Source: Candidatus Latescibacterota bacterium (GTDB lineage Bacteria; Latescibacterota; UBA2968; GCA-2709665). From it: a stretch of DNA of 64,000 bases. Location of the stretch: NCBI GenBank assembly GCA_965219455.1, contig OZ244744.1, positions 3,552,001 through 3,616,000 on the forward strand, given 5' to 3'. The notes beneath the pieces were generated by a model. That model had not been told where the DNA came from and ran no database searches. It saw nothing but the letters and a program-made list of their open reading frames with translations. Shown piece after piece: positions 49,788-59,757 of the stretch. Position 1 is the first letter of the stretch, and every line of letters starts with the position of its first letter. The translations under genes and the position numbers were made by a program.

Positions 49788-50780
49788 TCAAAGGTGTCTT
49801 ACGCCGAGGGGGTGGAAGGGTCGAGCGTCTCCATTTGCAGGGTGGTTCTGATCGGTGATCTTTTCGAGCGCATTTGCGACGCAATGCCGATGGCACTGAC
49901 CGGCCTTAAGTTCGAAACAGGTGAGCGCTACGGACTCGCCTGACTTCACCCAGGTGCGGATTATTTCCAGGGAATCGCCTTGATTCGGCAGGATCGTCCG
50001 TTCATAGGTTTTGAACAGGCCTTTGAAATCCGCTTCCGTCTTAAGACCTCGGCGGCGCCAGGATTCAATTCCGAGTTCCGGAAGATGTTCATAACGAATA
50101 CCTACTCCTGAGCAAGCCCGTTCAAGTGTGGTCTTTGAGAAACCGTACTTGCGGCTGATTGCATTCCGTCTCACGTCACACAGTAGGGTCACGCCTCCAC
50201 GGATGAGCAGATTCAGGTATACTTCAATGGACCGCCCTTCGTAGCCGATCGTGAATAGCCGCGACAGTGTTGTTTTGGGACGAGTCGATTCAATCCGATC
50301 AAGTGTCCGCCGATCGTCCTGGAGGACCTGGTCTGCGATTTCACTGCGTATTGCATAAAACGGATACCGCCGATAGGTATCTGCAATTAGCGCATCCCCT
50401 CGCACGCTTCGATATCGATGCGCGAACGAACGAATCGAACTGTTTCCGGATTCTCGCGCGATTTGCCTTCCGTTCTCTGTGAGAACCCACTGTTGGTCGT
50501 CATCCGCAATCAGCCCCCATTCCACCAGGCGGCGTCGGTCGGCATAGCTGGTGAACGAGAACGCGCCAAAACGGTAGGGCACAAAGTCGTAAGGCCCTCG
50601 ACGTGTTTCAGTTGCCTGGTGTGACGAAAGCTCCTTACAATAGAGGAATAGAAGCTTCTGAAAGTCCGTATTACTTACGTCCCCGCCGATCGCGTCGGGC
50701 AACCCGAGTAAAAGGCGCTGGCGGCTGTAGAGACGCGGCAAACTTACTTCATTTGGTTGTCGTACTGGCACGTGTGCCAT
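49788..50780 (-). CDS. DUF488 family protein with N-terminal winged-helix region
   Basis: FTIGYEG, LCDVRRNAISRKYGFSK, Y.HLPELG, ALTCFE....CHR. Confidence 0.85.
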   Translation of the reverse strand: MAHVPVRQPNEVSLPRLYSRQRLLLGLPDAIGGDVSNTDFQKLLFLYCKELSSHQATETRRGPYDFVPYRFGAFSFTSYADRRRLVEWGLIADDDQQWVLTENGRQIARESGNSSIRSFAHRYRSVRGDALIADTYRRYPFYAIRSEIADQVLQDDRRTLDRIESTRPKTTLSRLFTIGYEGRSIEVYLNLLIRGGVTLLCDVRRNAISRKYGFSKTTLERACSGVGIRYEHLPELGIESWRRRGLKTEADFKGLFKTYERTILPNQGDSLEIIRTWVKSGESVALTCFELKAGQCHRHCVANALEKITDQNHPANGDARPFHPLGVRHL

Positions 50781-50919
50781 TGGAATTGGTCCTGATCTGC
50801 CCAGCGCAATAGAGATGAAATCGGATACCCGGTTCGGAGGGGAAAGTGGATGTTGCTACAGCAAACCCTTCCTTGCGTCTCCACTTGGCGTGCGTGACCT
50901 TCCGCGCCTAGAAGATCAC

Positions 50920-51393
50920 CTACTCGACTAAATCGTCAATGACTTCTCGGACGTAGTCTCGCAGCCAGGGCTCCGGCTCATTATGAGACATCAGAACATC
51001 CACAATTTTCGCCCCGCCCCAGGATTCAGCCGCATGAACCGCCGCGTCCCTGATTTCAATATCGGCCGTTGCCAGCGCGTTGCGTACGACTCCGGCGCGC
51101 CAGGCAGCATTACCTATATCAGTTTGACGCCCAAGACAACGGAGAATCGATGACGCGAAACTCGGACGCTCAATGTCCAGGCACAAAGCGCCAAACTGCT
51201 CAAGAATGCGTTCGTCGCTGGTGGAACGTAGCGCATTTTCGATTATCTGATCAGCTGGATGGTCCATTCCGTCCTCAAAGGGCTCGGCGTCAAAGGCTGA
51301 GTACAGCGAAATTGCAAGCTTATTCTGTTTTTCAACCAAATGAGGATCACGTTCCACAGTTGTCCATTCGTATCTGGCTGCATCCACGAGCAC
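50920..51393 (-). CDS. Hypothetical HEAT-like repeat protein (5' part probably decayed)
   Basis: EPFEDGM.HPA, DIEIRDAAVHAAESWG, EPEPWLRDY. Confidence 0.55.
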   Translation of the reverse strand: MLVDAARYEWTTVERDPHLVEKQNKLAISLYSAFDAEPFEDGMDHPADQIIENALRSTSDERILEQFGALCLDIERPSFASSILRCLGRQTDIGNAAWRAGVVRNALATADIEIRDAAVHAAESWGGAKIVDVLMSHNEPEPWLRDYVREVIDDLVE

Positions 51394-51631
51394 TGAAAAC
51401 CTGCTTTCAGTTAACGGTGCGTCATCTCGAATTGCACTTCCCCCCTGGTACAGTCAAAACATAGTCACCATTGTCGACATCCGGAGCGATTCCGCTTCGA
51501 GGGATGTCGCGTGCGATGCATTTCCCCACGTGCCTAACCACCGAGCATAGGGGAACGAGCCCGATTGATCAGTTGTGCACAAGCTGTCGACATAAACGAA
51601 CGATGCCGAGGCGCGGGCAGTCGAGTGAGTT

Positions 51632-51925
51632 TCAGTTCGCATCGAGTAGCTTCCGCGCTTTATTAGTAATTGCGGCTTCAAACGTAACGAGCTGGACCAT
51701 AACCAGCTCGCTCTGCACCATAGCTCAATTTTGGCGGTTGTCCCCCTCGGTATTTAACGTGATGTCAACGACCTTCTGCTCCTGCGGTTTGCCGCGCTAT
51801 TCATCGCCGAGTCTGAGATAGAATTTGCAGGGAATGGTGAGATCCCACTCCTGACCCGGCGGGTAGCGAAACTCACAGAGCGCTTCCTCGATAGGTGGAT
51901 TCCTGTAGCGACGTCGTTGGTTCAT
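51632..51925 (-). pseudogene. TIGR04255-family pseudogene
   Basis: MNQRRRYRNPPIEEALCEFR N-terminus; TAG at codon 43 (51797-51799); jumps to FEAAIT..AR.L C-terminus, implying internal deletion. Confidence 0.7.
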
Positions 51926-52321
51926 CGGATTCTCTCCGCGAAAAGGATTTCAACTCATAGTTGAAATTTGAACGCCTAACGACGTCAAATGCTCCGTACA
52001 TTTCCCATACAATCACTGCTGTCCAAGAACCGTGGGATTCTCAGAGATGAGATTTGAAAAGTGGCTTCAATTGGCGATTTTGTACGGGTTTGACCCGGTT
52101 AACAAAAACCAGGTTGCCATCGTCTGCGCAATGCTGTCCAAGAACAAAGTGACTATTCCAACGGCCATAATTGTGCTGTTTCCGTCTCATTGAGCCCGTG
52201 AAATAGGCAGTTTGTGAAACTCAGACGACCTTGGTCGAGGCGCTGCGTCGCGGAAGTGAACCAGATGCTGTCCAAGACAGAAACCGATTTTGGACCGGTG
52301 TGCCATACAATGCTGTTGCAG

Positions 52322-52552
52322 GGTCACTGCTTCCGGCAAGCTGGCGACGAATCCGTCCGGATCCGCCAGGGCAGTCTGATGGTAGTTATACTCGTCCAGG
52401 CTGACGTATGCACGGTCGGGCGCGAGTTGCTGCACGAGCGTCGTTTTCCCGCTTTGCCGTGGTCCGAGAAGACAGACCACCGGCGTGTCGGCCAAAGCCT
52501 CCCTGATTACGTGTTCCAGCGAGCGTGGAAACAGGGAACGGATAGCGTCCAT
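52322..52552 (-). pseudogene. 5' fragment (about 77 codons) of a second AAA-DUF4143 gene
   Basis: Near-identical to the N-terminus of 40441-41688, breaking after EAVTL. Confidence 0.85.
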
Positions 52553-52942
52553 TTGTCGGATACGTTAGCGGCCAATTGACGGTTAAAGGAGCGTCCATTT
52601 GTCGAATGACTGCGAAGTGACAATCTAAGGGATCGGGACGCAAAGATCAAGAGACGATTCTGTCAGCCGGGTCGAAAAACGCGGTGATCGGACGCTTGTT
52701 ATTTTGCCACTGGAATCACAAGAGACCCCGAAAAGATCGCTTTTCGGAGTCTCGCTTTGAGTATCAACGCCTGAAAGTGAACGAGAGGTGGATCAATCGC
52801 CCATTGTCTTCAAATAGGGCACGCTGGCTGTGGAGCGCACGCATCTGCTCGAGCCTTTGCCGACTCCATTCGCGATCGTCGTCCTCCGAAATGAAATGGA
52901 ACCGATTCTGACACTTAGTCTACTTCTGATTCTACCTTAATA

Positions 52943-52971
52943 TTGACACTGGTTAATGGTCTCCCTATATT
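52943..52971 (+). promoter_or_regulatory. Sigma70-type promoter
   Basis: TTGACA-N17-TATATT, followed by GGAGG RBS and ATG at 53011. Confidence 0.75.
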
Positions 52972-53010
52972 GCTGATGCAACCAATCATCAACAATGTGT
53001 GGAGGTTCTT

Positions 53011-53370
53011 ATGTCGGTATCCTTGGTAGAAGATTATGAGGTATTGCGTAAATGCTTGGTCGCTCAGTTAGCGATTGTTGAGCGGCACATAGAACATCTA
53101 AGATCCGCGGAGGCCCTGAATACGAAACACACTCGCAGCCCACGTGTGCCCAGGGCGAGGTTGCTTATTCTAATCCACGAGATTCTAGCTGAGCAAGGAC
53201 CCTCGGACAGTGCAACTGTGCAGGGATTATTGGAGGAACGGCACGGGATCAAGTTTAAGGAAGGCCACATACGGCGGATATTTATGGAGGAAATTCGCCA
53301 TAATGGCCAGTTTGTAGCGGTAGGTCCGGAGCAATTCGGCAGCGCAGTGAGAGTTCAACGGGTAGAGTAA
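53011..53370 (+). CDS. Hypothetical protein, N-terminal coiled coil + probable winged HTH
   Basis: Promoter and RBS; LIHEILAEQGP....VQ.LL....G pattern. Confidence 0.6.
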   Translation: MSVSLVEDYEVLRKCLVAQLAIVERHIEHLRSAEALNTKHTRSPRVPRARLLILIHEILAEQGPSDSATVQGLLEERHGIKFKEGHIRRIFMEEIRHNGQFVAVGPEQFGSAVRVQRVE

Positions 53371-53487
53371 TAAGGTGGTCTATCATATCAGTTTATTTTC
53401 GCCAACGACTTATGAGGCATTTGCCAATTCAAAACGGGATATTGTTGGTTTTAGTCTCCAACAAATGGTCCGCGAATGTTGAATTTG

Positions 53488-53727
53488 TCACCTACACGCC
53501 TCCACAAATAACCTCCGAACTGATTCCACCCCTGCCGCCGTTATACTCTCCGTCCCTTTTATTGACTCAATCGCCATAGTCTGCCGGCGTATCCTCTGAG
53601 CTACTTTCTTGGCCGTCTCCTTATCGACGATACTGAGTAAATCGTAAATTGTTAAAAATGAGGCGAACGCAATCTCCTCCGGTGTCGCCTGGGCGCGAAA
53701 CTGCCGGTCTTTCTTACGTCCAAACAT
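53488..53727 (-). CDS. Small hypothetical protein
   Basis: GGAGG RBS upstream; 79-aa helical ORF. Confidence 0.5.
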   Translation of the reverse strand: MFGRKKDRQFRAQATPEEIAFASFLTIYDLLSIVDKETAKKVAQRIRRQTMAIESIKGTESITAAGVESVRRLFVEACR

Positions 53728-54903
53728 AATGATCCTCCGCTCTTTGTCAATTCGTGATTGGTAGCGATCACAGAATAGTGAGCGAGGGAGAGTGAGTCAA
53801 GAATAAAGCCCAGAGAGGACCCCTGGGCTTCACCTAACTTTATCTTGCAGGGGCGAGGATACTTCCCTACGTGCATTTTTCATTTGAATTGGACAAGAGG
53901 AGCTTTCGCCATTTGTTCACGGCGCCGTTGAACGGCTTGTTGTGCTGATCGCCGAGAATGCCCAGCCTTATAGGTTCAGCGACGTTTCGAGGTACTTGCG
54001 ATCCGTTCTCGTCGAGTACTCTGATCGAAGTTTTAAAAGTGGCATATTGCACCACCCCATATACCGCGCTCGCCAGCACTTTGATAAACAATCCCGCCAC
54101 ATCTTTCAAGGTCAGCCCACAGTTGTATTCTCAGGCTGAGCACGCGCATCACCCGGGTCGGCAGTGCCGAAAGCGGAGGCATTCGACACCGGCTGTCGCG
54201 CAGTCACGTCGCAATCACTCCCCCCTTGAGGGGGAGTCGCCTGCATGCGTCCGCAGGACAGGCAGCCAGAAGTGGATTCTCCGCGCTGATCCGTCGAACA
54301 CCATCATCGCCAGGAACAACACGCGGTTTTTGTTGTAGGGGCGGTTCCCGAACCGCCCCTGCTCGAGCCGGTCCCTGAGCTTGCCTGCATTGAGCTTGTC
54401 GAAATGTCGAAGGGTCGGCGACGGCTGATGCGGTGGAGGGATTTCCGTCGCTGGCCGTATGAAAGCCTGGTCACGTATGCTTATGATTTCGCCACTGGAA
54501 TTACAAGAGACCCCGATGGGATCGCGTTTCGGAGTCTCGCTTTCTGAGGAAGAAACTGAATATGCGCGAAAGGTTGTTGGGTTCGGGCCGGGCCTCATCA
54601 GCGACTTCATTGGTCATTCTTCGACTGGTGGCCACCATCGGTACCGGCCCAAGGGCGAAACCGGAAATCGCGGAAGTCTCCCAGGATCTCATTCTGATGA
54701 AGGGTCAGCCAGTTGCCGATGCCGATGCCATTCTTGTCAAAAGCGAGACGCTACTGAGATCCGACCGCTTCCCGCGTAACCGTGAAGTCGGATCGGCAGA
54801 TTTCCTGCCCTCGATTTGCGTGCATCCGCTCACCCGAGGAACGAATGAGAGATGATTTACGTCGGCGACCATTAGGAGCTTCCCCCAGTGCAGGTGATTG
54901 GTT

Positions 54904-55428
54904 TCATGATCGCCCTTCTTCCGATTCTGCCAGTCTACTCTTGCCGTTTTCGGTAAGTCTGTATTTCTGCAACCGACTGTTGGGTTTTTCTGGAATTGTG
55001 TATTCGATCAGCTTGTCATCCATCAAGAGGCGAATCACCTCGTTGAGCCGGCCCGATACGGATTTGTGGCCCAAACCGTTCGAAATCTCGGATCTGGACC
55101 TGGGAGTGTGTCGGAGTATCGATAGTATTCGTTGTTCTATGCCCTTTGCCCTCGATTTCTGCCTTGACTCTTGCCTGACTCTTGCTTTATTCCGGTGCGG
55201 GTCCACACCTCTGAGGTCGGCCTGTGGAACGTTGTCGTTACACACGTCGCTGAGACCTCGATCAACGGTTCTGGTACTCCGTGTTCGCGGCACAGGTCCC
55301 GGATACGCCGGATGCCGGAACCGATCCTCTCGACCGCCTCCATGCGGTGCAGAAGTGCCCGAGCGCTTGAACTCGATGGTATAGCCTTCGCCAAGAGCGG
55401 TCAGGTTAGAGAGGTTCTTTTCGTTCAT
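54904..55428 (-). pseudogene. Internally deleted AlbA_2-HATPase_c_4-wHTH gene (cassette A2)
   Basis: MNEKNL...GEGYTIEFKRS (AlbA start) joined out of frame near 55355 to LHRMEAVERIGSGIRRIRDLCREHG, then HTH. Confidence 0.82.
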
Positions 55429-55500
55429 CAGAGTTTACTTAATTCATCAATCACGCTACCCATCCGGACGCCGAAGATCTTGTACATTTGTCCCACGTGA

Positions 55501-56382
55501 TCAAATTGAGGCCGCCGTTTCAACATCGGCAGACTGCAAGGAGAAAGGGGAGATCTCTTCAGGATGCTTCGGAATCACCTGATTGGAGGACGATAAGACG
55601 TTATATTGGTCCACCATAACACGCACGATCAGACCATATAGATCGCTGTCTCTCTCGGTATAGGTCGCTTGAAGCCTGCGCAATAACTGCCCGAATTCCT
55701 GCAGCTTCTTACCCTTTTCAACGCGGGTGAGACCATAGACAACCTGATAGGGCTTCGCCTTGAGCAATCCGTCCAAAACCTGTTTTTTCGTTGAAAAACG
55801 TCGCTTTTGGTCCTTGTCCAGCGACTCCCAGAACGCTCGTATGCATCGCGCCACCAGCTGCAACCGACAACAAAGCACAATGTTCGAGCCGATCAACTTA
55901 CTGTCCATGCGGACGTGCTGACCCAACACACCAAAGGCGGCGGCCTGCGTCCTGGTTAAGCTCGAGAGCGTCTCGCCAATCAGTTCGCGACCGGTCTTCA
56001 ACTGATACTCATACAAAGCATGCTTGAACCGATAATACGTGGACTCAACAGGCGCTTCATCGCATAGATTCATCATCCCCAATGCGCGCATCACCAGGAT
56101 ATTGAATCGACAATGCTCGAACAGTTGCGCATCGCTCCATCCAAAACCGTCCTTCAAGATCACCATCGACACCAGTTGTCGAATCGGCGCACCGGGCCGG
56201 TCCTGGTTGGCATCGTGCAACACCGAGAACAGATCCTCATCGACCATTGACGTGACGTGCTCGTAAAACAGATTGTGCCACGACTTCGGATCATTTAACT
56301 GATCCTGCTTCCGTCTCTTGAAATGCAACTCGAAGCTGGAAAACAGATCCGGCTGACTTGAAGGGGCACTCCTTCCAAACAT
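55501..56382 (-). pseudogene. Truncated transposase, copy 2
   Basis: 293 aa, 21 substitutions versus 38107-38988 by hand alignment; same end point. Confidence 0.72.
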
Positions 56383-56496
56383 AGCTCCCTCGTTTCTTTG
56401 TGATCAATCATCAATCCAACTTTGCAACCTCTTCACACCTCGAATTTAGCGCTTTTTCCTGGCCAAGTAAACGCGACTTTTCGGAGTGGACTCAAG

Positions 56497-56592
56497 TGTC
56501 GAAAGGTCAAGACGCCTGGAAGCGTCGACGTCGAGGCCTACGATGTCTCCGTTGGCGTAGCGATCGACGTTCAGCCCGTTAGCGACACCTCG
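56497..56592 (-). pseudogene. DUF2283 fragment abutting the IS end
   Basis: Minus strand encodes ANGDIVGLDVDASRRLDLST; homologous to about 39190-39270. Confidence 0.65.
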
Positions 56593-57937
56593 AAATCACG
56601 CCACCCTGTGGAGGCATTCGGCACCGGCCGTCGCGCACTCACGTCGCAATCACTCCCCCCTTGAGGGGGAGTCGCCTGCGGGCGTCCGCCTGTCTGCAAC
56701 AGGCAGGCAGGAAAGGCAGCCAGAAGTGGATTCTCCGCGCTGATCCGTCGAACACCGTCATCGCCCGGAATGACGCACGGTCGTTGTTGTAGGGCGGTTC
56801 GCGAACCGCCCTTGCTCGATCCGGTACCGCGAACTGATAGTTCGCGGTACGGTCGCTGGACCGTCGCTTCAAACGTACTAAGCGAACATCAAGCCTTCAA
56901 TATCATGTAATCGACGGCTTTGCAGCCCGCGGAACGGTGAGCGTCCAATTGTCGATTAATAGAGCGTCTAATTGTCGGTTAGAATACCGTCCATGTGTTG
57001 AATATCTGCGACGTGCAATCTACAAGATTTGGTCCCCGCAATCAAGAAACGTGTCGATCAGCCGGGCCGAGCAGTGCTGTGAACGAGCCGTCCAACGACG
57101 CCTCGCGATCACTCCACCCGGTGGAGGCATTCGACACCGGCCGTCACATACTCACGTCGCAATCACTCCCCCCTTGAGGGGGAGTCGCATCAGCCGAGCC
57201 GGCCCCTGAGCTTGTGGTCCCTGAGCCTGTCGAAGGGGCAGGCGACGGCTGATGCGGTGGGGGGATTTCCGTCGCTGGCCGTATGCAAGCCACGTCGCGT
57301 ATGCCTGCTATTTCGCCACTTGAATTACAAGAGACCCCGAAAAGATCTCGTTTCGGAGTCTCGCTTTGAGCAACGAAACCTGTAAGTGTGGCAGAAGAGT
57401 TCGGATTAGGACCGGGCGTCATTTACGATTCCACTTATCGTTCTTCGCCTGTAGTCGACCTTCCGTACCGGCCCAAACTCCAGGCTGGACATCGCCGAAG
57501 TCTTCAAGGATCTCATCGGCAGGGAGGGTTATTCGGCTGCCGTTGACGTGCTGGCGCTCGGGTATCGAAACGTGCAAATCGCACGGGGATGATCCGATGC
57601 CGCAGTAGATCTTTCGTCGGCCTGTCGGCCTTCTTTAGATGACAGTTTCGCCGAAGGTGTGGGCTCAGCGGTTCGCCAATGGTTATCGCAACGCATGTCA
57701 TTCTGAGCGGAGTCGAAGAATCTCCCGTCTTCTCGATTGGACGTGTAGCACATGCCCTTTGAAGACGAACCTGTGCGCGGACGCTTGGCCAGCCTTTCGG
57801 CCTCCTCTGCATAACATTCGGGCTACAGTGTGAAGGATACATTTCGCCGATGGCTGTGGACGATTTTTCCATCCGTATATTTCGCGACTTTCGTAGTGAA
57901 TCAAATCCGCTTTTGGATAGGTGTGAGGTGATTGGTT

Positions 57938-58363
57938 TCATGATCGCCCTTCTTCCGATTCTGCCAGTCGACTCTTGCCGTTTTCGGTGAGTCTGTACTT
58001 CTGCAACCGACTGTTGGGTTTTTCTGGAATTGTGTATTCGATCAGCTTGTCATCCATCAAGAGGCGAATCGCCTCGTTGAGCCGGCCCGATACGGATTTG
58101 TGGCCCAAACCGTTCGAAATCTCGGATCTGGACCTGGGAGTGTGTCGGAGTATCGATAGTATTCGTTGTTCTATGCCCTTTGCCCTCGATTTCTGCCTTG
58201 ACTCTTGCCTTGACTCTTGCCTGACTCTTGCTTTAGCCCGGTGCGGGTTCCCACCTGTGACGTTGGCCTTTGGAACGTTGTCGTAACCCACGACGCTGAG
58301 ACCTTGATCAACGGTTCTGGTACTCCGTGTTCGCGGCACAGGTCCCGGATACGCCGGATGCCG
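57938..58363 (-). pseudogene. Orphan wHTH cassette, copy A3
   Basis: GIRRIRDLCREHG...; frameshift in the repeat; same HTH as A1. Confidence 0.8.
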
Positions 58364-58369
58364 AAACCT

Positions 58370-58631
58370 TCAGGCGAGGGAGGCATACTCATAAACCTGA
58401 GTCTCTATAGTGCGAACGGGACGGCATTGCTCCCACCTGCCTGTGCAGATGGCAGACAGGCACCACTCGCTGCAAGCGCTCAACGGTCTCCGGTGAGAAG
58501 TACTTCTCGCCTGTCTCGAAGTTGAGTCGAGCCGGGACGTTTTCAACGAGTAAGAGCCGCCCATCCAATTCAATGTGATAGGTCACCTTTGCATCAACCA
58601 GCGTCTCGTTCCACGTACCGACTTCAGACAT
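58370..58631 (-). pseudogene. Second YgiT-type gene frameshifted by a 25-nt hairpin insertion
   Basis: Homologous to 39401-39637, with an extra cctgcctgtgcagatggcagacagg at 58436-58460. Confidence 0.85.
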
Positions 58632-59110
58632 CGTCCTCTCCCAACTCCGCCAGAAGCTGCTGTCCCTTGTCCGTCAGCCTGTATTTCTGCTTGCTGCTGG
58701 TCGGTTTGTCTGGAATGGTCATTTCCAGCCATCCCGCTTCCATTAGCGGCTGGAGGTAGTTTACCCGGAAGGTCTTCCGGTGTTTCAATCCAAGGAACTC
58801 CATAATCTCATTCGCAAAGCGGGGTAGCCTGCAATGCCAGACAACCTGAGCGATAACTTGTGCGGTAACTTGTGCGGTCAAGTCCTCCAGGCAGCCCAAA
58901 AGTATCTGTAACATATTGTTCGAAAGGGTGTTAGGGTATTCTTGCAGATTTCTGTCCACTTGTGCGGTGACCTGGTGTCGACTTAGTGCCGACCTGTCCC
59001 CAGCTTCCTCCTCGGACTCGGTTACCGGACGCCTGAAGGTCGTCGTCACCCACGACTCGGACACTTCGATCAGCGGTTCAGCCACTCCGTGTTCGCGGCA
59101 CAGATCCCGG
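58624..59110 (-). pseudogene. Orphan wHTH cassette of a second type (A5)
   Basis: RDLCREHGVAEP...QVTAQV linker...LGLKHRKTFR..YL.PL...GWLEMTIPDKPTS.KQKYRLT. Confidence 0.8.
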
Positions 59111-59757
59111 TTGCTTGTGATGTCGCCCCTGGAATTGCAACAGACCCCGAAAAGATCGCGTTTCGGAGTCTCACATGGAGCAACGAAACCTGTAAGTGTG
59201 GCAGAAGAGGTCGGATTAGGACCGGGCGTCATTTACGATTCCACTTATCGTTCTTCGCCTGTAGTCGACCTTCCGTACCGGCCCAAACTCCAGGCTGGAC
59301 ATCGCCGAAGTCTTCAAGGATCTCATCGGCAGGGAGGGTTATTCGGCTGCCGTTGACGTGCTGCCGCTCAGGTCTCGAAACGTGCAAATCGCACGGGGAT
59401 GATCCGATGCTGCAGTAGATCCTTCGTCGGCCTGGCGGCCTCCTCTGGATGACAGTTTCGCCGAAGGTGTGGGCTCACGGGTTCGGCAATGGTTATCGCA
59501 ACGCATGTCATTCTGAGCGGAGTCGAAGAATCTCCCGTCTTCTCGATTGGACGTGTAGCACATGCCCTTTGAAGACGAATCTGTGCGCGGACGCTTGGCC
59601 AGCCTTTCGGCCTCCTCTGCATAACATTCGGGCTACAGTGTGAAGGATACATTTCGCCAATGGCTGCGGACGATTTTTCCATCCGTATATTTCGCGCACT
59701 TTCACGACTTTCGTAGTGAATCAAATCCGCTTTTGGATAGGTGTGAGGTGATTGGTT

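Noticed and set aside
51974-51980. GCCTAAC (GTTAGGC on minus) upstream of the TIGR04255 remnant as an integron attC core
   Set aside because: No complementary core or attC-like stem found nearby and no integrase in window; a 7-mer alone is insufficient
40288-57000. 23-bp-period repeats as CRISPR arrays
   Set aside because: Only three units per copy, about 9-nt spacers that are similar between copies, and no cas genes
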